Under the pieces are notes generated by a model. The model had not been told where the DNA came from. It made no database searches and saw only the letters and a list, made by a program, of their open reading frames with translations. 64,000 bases of DNA, from positions 32,001 through 96,000 of the forward strand of contig JBJHCF010000010.1 of assembly GCA_050506795.1 (NCBI GenBank). Reading direction: 5' to 3'. Below are positions 59,472 through 64,000 of this stretch, piece by piece. The first letter of the stretch is position 1. Every line of letters begins with the position of its first letter. Both the position numbers and the translations under genes were made by a program. This DNA is from Opitutia bacterium (GTDB lineage Bacteria; Verrucomicrobiota; Verrucomicrobiia; Opitutales; T3Sed10-336).

Positions 59472-59638
59472 CAAAAATTCCGTTAGAAACCCGAGCCCCG
59501 TAGTGTGTCCGCTTCCTCCTTCGCGCTACGACGGACGTGTGCGGACGCTTCCGACCGACAGCTCAAAAACCGACACCGCGATTGCCTGTCGAAAGCTGGG
59601 CGCTAATGAAAGCCCTTCGGCCCACGTCCCTCGCCCCT

Positions 59639-60796
59639 TCAGACCTGTCGCCCTTCCGGACAGGCTTCCAGGACGCGTTCGATGACAAATTCCTTCTCGT
59701 CTTCGGTTAGACTGGAGGAACTCGGCAGGCAGATGCCGCGGAGATTGAGGTCCTCCGCCACAGTCCCGCCGACGACCTCAGCGTCCCGATACAGTTCCTG
59801 GGTGTGCATGGGTTTCCACACCGGACGCGCTTCGATATTCGCGGCATCCAGATGCTCGATCAACTTGTCGCGCGATATGCCGAAACGGTCCTCGTCGATC
59901 AGAAAGCAGCTCAACCAATTGGTGTGTCGGCCGTACGTCGCCTGAGGCATTAATTCTATGCCGGGCAATTCGGTAAAAGCGTCGCGATAACGAAAGGCCA
60001 CCGCGCGCCGTTGCCGCACCCTTTCCTCCAGGACACGAAACTGGCCGCGGGCGATCGCCGCCACCACGTTGCTCATCCGATAATTGTATCCGAGTTCGGA
60101 ATGACGGTAATCGGCGCCCGGATCGCGCGCCTGGGTGGCCCAAAAACGCGCCTTTTCCACCCTCTCGCGATCCGGCGCAACGAGGAAGCCGCCGGTGCTT
60201 CCGGTGATGATTTTGTTTCCATTAAACGAATACACGCCAACATCACCCAGCGTCCCCGGTACCCGATCCTGGTAGGTGGCCCCCAATGCCTCGGCGGCAT
60301 CCTCAAGTACGGGCACCTCAAACCGGCGACAAGCCTCAAGGATCGGGGCCATATCGGCGCACTGCCCAAACAAATGCGCGACAATTACGGCCCTGGGCAG
60401 GCGTCCGATTTTCGCCCGCTTTTCCAGGAACTCCGCCAGCAACGCCGGATCCATGTTCCAGGAATCCCGTTCGCTGTCGATGAATACCGGGCGCGCCCTT
60501 TCATACAGGATAGGATTACATCCGCCGGCGAACGTCAAAGTGGGCGAGACCACTTCGTCACCGTCACGGACCCCCAACAGCTTCAACCCGAGGTGAATCC
60601 CGGCGGTTCCGGTCGCGATGGCCACGCCCGGCAAACCGGTGTAGTTGGAAAACTCCTCCTCCAAGGCGTTCAGATGGTTTCCCACGGTGGAAATCCAGTT
60701 GTCACGGAACGCCTCCTGCACGAACCGGAGTTCCCATTCTCCCATGTGCGGTTTGGAAAGATGGATACGCTGCTTGAATCTTGTCGTTTTGCTCAT
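59639..60796 (-). CDS. DegT/DnrJ/EryC1/StrS sugar aminotransferase (PglE/EpsN-like)
   Basis: LS.PHM, GTAGIHL, EDAAEALGA, SFNGNKIIT, GYNYRMSN, RPVWKPMH, CLPS. Confidence 0.93.
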   Translation of the reverse strand: MSKTTRFKQRIHLSKPHMGEWELRFVQEAFRDNWISTVGNHLNALEEEFSNYTGLPGVAIATGTAGIHLGLKLLGVRDGDEVVSPTLTFAGGCNPILYERARPVFIDSERDSWNMDPALLAEFLEKRAKIGRLPRAVIVAHLFGQCADMAPILEACRRFEVPVLEDAAEALGATYQDRVPGTLGDVGVYSFNGNKIITGSTGGFLVAPDRERVEKARFWATQARDPGADYRHSELGYNYRMSNVVAAIARGQFRVLEERVRQRRAVAFRYRDAFTELPGIELMPQATYGRHTNWLSCFLIDEDRFGISRDKLIEHLDAANIEARPVWKPMHTQELYRDAEVVGGTVAEDLNLRGICLPSSSSLTEDEKEFVIERVLEACPEGRQV

Positions 60797-61437
60797 GTTC
60801 CCATTTGAAAACTGCGGGCGGGATTTCCATAAATGGTAATCCCCGCAGGCACGTTCCTGATGGCCACGCTTCCGGCACCGATGACCGCGCGGTCGCCGAC
60901 CGTCACTCTTGGCAGAACGGCCGCATGACTTCCCATAAAAACTTCCTCTCCGATCCTGACCCCGCCCGTAATATCGCAGAACGCGCTCGACTGGGTAAAG
61001 GCGCCAACCACGCTGTCATGGCCTACGGCGGAGCCCACGTTGAGGGTCACGAAGTCTCCCAGGCGAATGTCGCTGGTGATCACCACCCTGGGACAGAGAA
61101 TCACTCCGGTTCCCAGTTCCACATTGTTTCCCATAACCACGGTGGGATGAATCAAGGAAGCGAATCTCGCTCCCCGGCTTTTGAGAATCGACACCACCTT
61201 GCGCTTAAGTTCCGGCTTTCCCAAACCACAGAGGAAATAGTCATTCTCCCCCACCTGATAATTGGAAATATTTCCGAGAATTGGCGGATACCCCATTCCC
61301 TCGAGCGCAGCGGGGTTGTCATCGATGAACCCAAGAAAGCGCCATCCGCGACCGAAATCAAAACTGTGCCGGGCCCAGGCGTACACCTCCCGGCCAAAAC
61401 CGCCGGCGCCGACAATGATAAGGTTTTTGGGCTTCAT
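60793..61437 (-). CDS. Sugar acetyltransferase, NeuD/PglD family
   Basis: IVGAGGFGREV, GFIDD, LIHP, VGHD, hexapeptide repeats, GNPAR. Confidence 0.92.
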   Translation of the reverse strand: MKPKNLIIVGAGGFGREVYAWARHSFDFGRGWRFLGFIDDNPAALEGMGYPPILGNISNYQVGENDYFLCGLGKPELKRKVVSILKSRGARFASLIHPTVVMGNNVELGTGVILCPRVVITSDIRLGDFVTLNVGSAVGHDSVVGAFTQSSAFCDITGGVRIGEEVFMGSHAAVLPRVTVGDRAVIGAGSVAIRNVPAGITIYGNPARSFQMGT

Positions 61438-61449
61438 GGATTGGTCAGG

Positions 61450-61607
61450 GGAAATCGGTTTTCAGTTATCGGTTAATGGTTATCCGGGGACTTTCCGTAG
61501 CGCCCCGTAGCTCCCTGCTTTAGCCGGAGTCCTCTTGACGGGAACCGGCGCCCCCACGCCGCACAATACGCCCGCTTAAGCTGGGCGCTACTGAAGACCC
61601 CACGTCT
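61450..61607. repeat. GGTTATC heptamers plus GTAG REP pair
   Basis: ATCGGTTTTCAGTTATCGGTTAATGGTTATC; REPs 61507-61529(+) and 61569-61591(-) with the conserved linker. Confidence 0.85.
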
Positions 61608-61609
61608 CT

Positions 61610-62353
61610 TCACTTCGCCGTGAACCCGCCATCACAGACGAGCGTGGTTCCAGTGATCCAGCGCGCGGCGGGAGAGAGGAGAAACAGCGCGGCGGCGGCA
61701 ACGTCGTCGGGAGTGCCGAACCCCAGAGGATATTCCTTTTCGTGCGCCTCCATGGCCGCGTCGCCCAACGCCCCCTGCGCCTGATCCGCCATACCCGATC
61801 GCACCATTCCGGGAGCGAGCGAGTTGACCCGGATCCGCCGCGGCGCCAGTTCGAGCGCGAGCGCCCGGCCGGCCGCCATCAGGGCGCCTTTGGACCCCGC
61901 GTACAGGACATGCCCCTTGGCACCCACCAAACCGGCCACCGACGCCATAAAGACCACGGAAGCTTCGGGGTTCAGTTTCCTTCCCTTGAGCAGAGCCGTC
62001 GTGAGCAGTACCGGAGCCTCATAGTTGACCGATTGCTGGCTTCGCAGTTTTTCCTCCGACAAAAACGCCGCCGGCGCCAGTTCCAACGCCCCTGCCCCAT
62101 GCACGATCCCGTCGAGCGCGGGAGCCACCTTGACCAAGGCATCGCGTTCCTCTCCTTTGGTCAGATCCACCCGAAAAGCCTGGCAGCGTTCAGTTCCCAG
62201 GTCAGTCGAAAGGGCGGCCAGCCGCTCGCGGTCACGCCCCGTCACCACAACCCGCGCGCCTGCCGCGAGCACCGCGGAACAAACAGCTCTCCCGATCTCC
62301 GAAGTGGCTCCGGTGACCAGGATGGTTTTTCCGGTTAAGTTAAAATTTGGCAT
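61610..62353 (-). CDS. SDR oxidoreductase
   Basis: VTGATSEIG, HGAG, YAGSKGAL, IRVN.LAPG, YPLG.G.PDDVA, DGG. Confidence 0.9.
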   Translation of the reverse strand: MPNFNLTGKTILVTGATSEIGRAVCSAVLAAGARVVVTGRDRERLAALSTDLGTERCQAFRVDLTKGEERDALVKVAPALDGIVHGAGALELAPAAFLSEEKLRSQQSVNYEAPVLLTTALLKGRKLNPEASVVFMASVAGLVGAKGHVLYAGSKGALMAAGRALALELAPRRIRVNSLAPGMVRSGMADQAQGALGDAAMEAHEKEYPLGFGTPDDVAAAALFLLSPAARWITGTTLVCDGGFTAK

Positions 62354-62370
62354 AGGATTTTCGGATATTA

Positions 62371-62557
62371 ACCACAAAGATCACAAGGAACACAAAGATT
62401 CCTTCGTCTCTGAAGGAATACCACGGAGCAAGCTCAATGCCTCCGGATTTCTTCCTGATTCCTTGCCCAGCATTGCTCCGCTTCGCTCCACCATCTCCGC
62501 AAAGCCTCCGTCCCCTGTCAAACCGCTCTTCTATGTGTTCTTTGTGATCTCTGTGGC
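62371..62557. mobile_element. MITE-like element with nonamer-periodic inverted ends
   Basis: ACCACAAAGATCACAAGGAACACAAAG ... CTATGTGTTCTTTGTGATCTCTGTGG; internal motif shared with 62858-63053. Confidence 0.6.
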
Positions 62558-62585
62558 TCATTTCACCCCGCTAACCGACAACCCA

Positions 62586-62822
62586 TCAACCTCCCCGCTT
62601 CTTCTCAACGAGACCGGCCAGGTCGCGGATGGTGGTGCAGGCGAGGATTTCGTTGGCCGTCAGTTCGACCTCAAACGCGGCGTCGGCCATGGCGATGGTC
62701 GTTAAAACGGCAAGCGAATCCCATTGCTCCAAATCCTGAAACCTCGTTTCCGGGGTCACCGATCCCGTCTCCAGCCCCTCGATCGATACCTCGAACTCTT
62801 CAATAAATGCGTCAATATCCAT
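62586..62822 (-). CDS. Acyl carrier protein
   Basis: F.DLEQWDSLA, acidic, 78 aa. Confidence 0.9.
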   Translation of the reverse strand: MDIDAFIEEFEVSIEGLETGSVTPETRFQDLEQWDSLAVLTTIAMADAAFEVELTANEILACTTIRDLAGLVEKKRGG

Positions 62823-62857
62823 GAAATTATAAAATGCCTTTCAAGTGGAGATGTTAC

Positions 62858-63053
62858 ACCACGGAAATCACAAAGAACACGAAGAAAATGGGGCGGGGGA
62901 CGGTGTTTCCGTGCTCGATTGGGCTCGTCAAAGTCCGATTGAATCGAAGGCGCGAGAGGTTATCGGGGCGGCTTTGCCAAGCCTCCGTCCCTGCAAATCT
63001 CCCCTTCGTGACTTCCACCGGCCTGAGCTCGTCAAGGGCGTACTCTTCGTGGT
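62858..63053. mobile_element. Second MITE-like element, right end interrupted
   Basis: ACCACGGAAATCACAAAGAACACGAAG ... CTTCGTGACTTC[CCTGAGCTCGTCAAGGG insert]CTTCGTGGT. Confidence 0.55.
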
Positions 63054-63082
63054 TAATGTGGGTTCCTGTCGAGACGGCGGCT

Positions 63083-63308
63083 CGCCCGCTGAAGCAGGGC
63101 GCTACGAACTCAGTGCACCCCGTAGCTCCGTGCTTAAGCCGGAGTCTTTTTCGCGGGAACCGGCACCCCCACGCCGAACAATACGCCTGCCTGTAGCAGG
63201 CCGCTACGAATTCCGTGCATCCCGTAGCTCCGTGCTTTAGCCGGAGTCTTCTTCGCGGGAACCGGCGCCCCCACGCCGAACAATACGCCCGCTGAAGCAG
63301 GGCGCTAC
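63083..63308. repeat. BIME-like array of five alternating GTAG REPs, period ~102 bp
   Basis: A(-)63083, B(+)63122, A(-)~63184, B(+)63224, A(-)63286, with two conserved linkers. Confidence 0.92.
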
Positions 63309-63337
63309 GACCGTCTCGCTTACCCTCCACCACTCCA

Positions 63338-64000
63338 CTATTCCTCGCTATGCGTCACCACTCGGCAGGCAGCGAGCTGGTCGGTGACCAGCAGGCACGA
63401 GGCCCAGGAGAGGCCAACCCCGAATCCGGAGAAGACCAGCCTCAGTCGCTCGCGGGTCGCACGCTCCCCCAGCGCGTCGCACAGGGTGCCCGGAATGGAG
63501 GCGCAGCTTTGGTTGCCGTACTTCTCCACGGTTCCGGCGGGCATCTTCTCGAGAGGAACCTTCAACCGCCGGGCGATATTGCCGATAATGTACCGGTTCG
63601 CCTGATGCAGGACAAAAGCGTCCACCTCCTCCAACGAAACTCCGGCGAATTCCACAATCGATAGCAAGGCCCTCGGTTCCACCTTGAGAGAAAAGTTGAA
63701 CACTTCGGCGCCGTTCATGTGGAGATTCTCCGGAGCGCGCACATTGCCCCCTTCATCCGTCGTTTCGCGGGCGGTCTCTTTCGATTTTGGCTGACGAAAA
63801 CCGCCGGCGGGCACGATGATGTGCTCGAACCCCTTTCCGTCGGTCTTCAGATCATACCAGGACGCTTCAGTCTGCTCCGAGGTCTCGATCAGGGTGGCGC
63901 TGCCGGCGTCGCCAAAAAGGGGCGCCACGGTGCGATCCCGAGGATTGACGCAGCGGCTGATGGTATCCCCCGCCAGCACCAGCACTTTGCCACATCCGCC
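63338..64000 (-). CDS. Ketoacyl-ACP synthase III (C-terminal part; start lies beyond the window edge)
   Basis: LFGDAGSAT, MNGAEVFNF, HQAN, YGN...ASIP, GFGVGLSW. Confidence 0.92.
   Translation of the reverse strand, partial: GGCGKVLVLAGDTISRCVNPRDRTVAPLFGDAGSATLIETSEQTEASWYDLKTDGKGFEHIIVPAGGFRQPKSKETARETTDEGGNVRAPENLHMNGAEVFNFSLKVEPRALLSIVEFAGVSLEEVDAFVLHQANRYIIGNIARRLKVPLEKMPAGTVEKYGNQSCASIPGTLCDALGERATRERLRLVFSGFGVGLSWASCLLVTDQLAACRVVTHSEE

Noticed and set aside
63083..63308. CRISPR array
   Set aside because: Repeats alternate in orientation, the spacers are conserved rather than unique, there are no cas genes, and the same units are dispersed as REPs.
62834..63333. ORFs of 120-159 aa with internal repeats
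   Set aside because: Translations of the REP/MITE array, not plausible proteins.

Overview
High-GC bacterial chromosome segment, most likely Verrucomicrobiota/Opitutia. This is inferred from an H-X9-DG-type prepilin gene, a secreted protein ending in an FYRI-type domain, a stand-alone coaB and many genes without a Shine-Dalgarno. The backbone is housekeeping: rpsA (cut by the left edge), mgtE, uppP, folC, accD, comF, truA, ruvX, manC, rsmE, coaB, recN, tRNA-Leu(CAA) and tRNA-Val(GAC). Accessory or unusual content: (1) a rearranged, partial ebo cluster (eboF, eboE, eboC plus divergent eboD); (2) a small island at the tRNA-Leu 3' end with a 10-bp att-like duplication; (3) a 3' remnant of a group IIC intron beside an AT-richer ferric-reductase-like gene and an unannotated 30-aa membrane peptide ORF; (4) two different complex I gene sets, nuoJKLMN on the minus strand and a complete E. 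coli-type nuoA-N operon with fused nuoCD on the plus strand; (5) a sucrose-phosphate-synthase/phosphatase-like pair; (6) the end of a polysaccharide locus with FabH/ACP/SDR acyl-modification genes and epsI. Many intergenic gaps hold short repeats from several families: about 24 GTAG-tagged REP hairpins with compensatory base changes, arranged in BIME-like arrays; GGAG-tagged REPs; MITE-like elements with 9-bp-periodic inverted ends; and 7-bp repeats whose orientation tends to track stop and start codons. No enzyme that could mobilise these repeats is encoded in the window. All calls are by eye from motifs; no database search was run.
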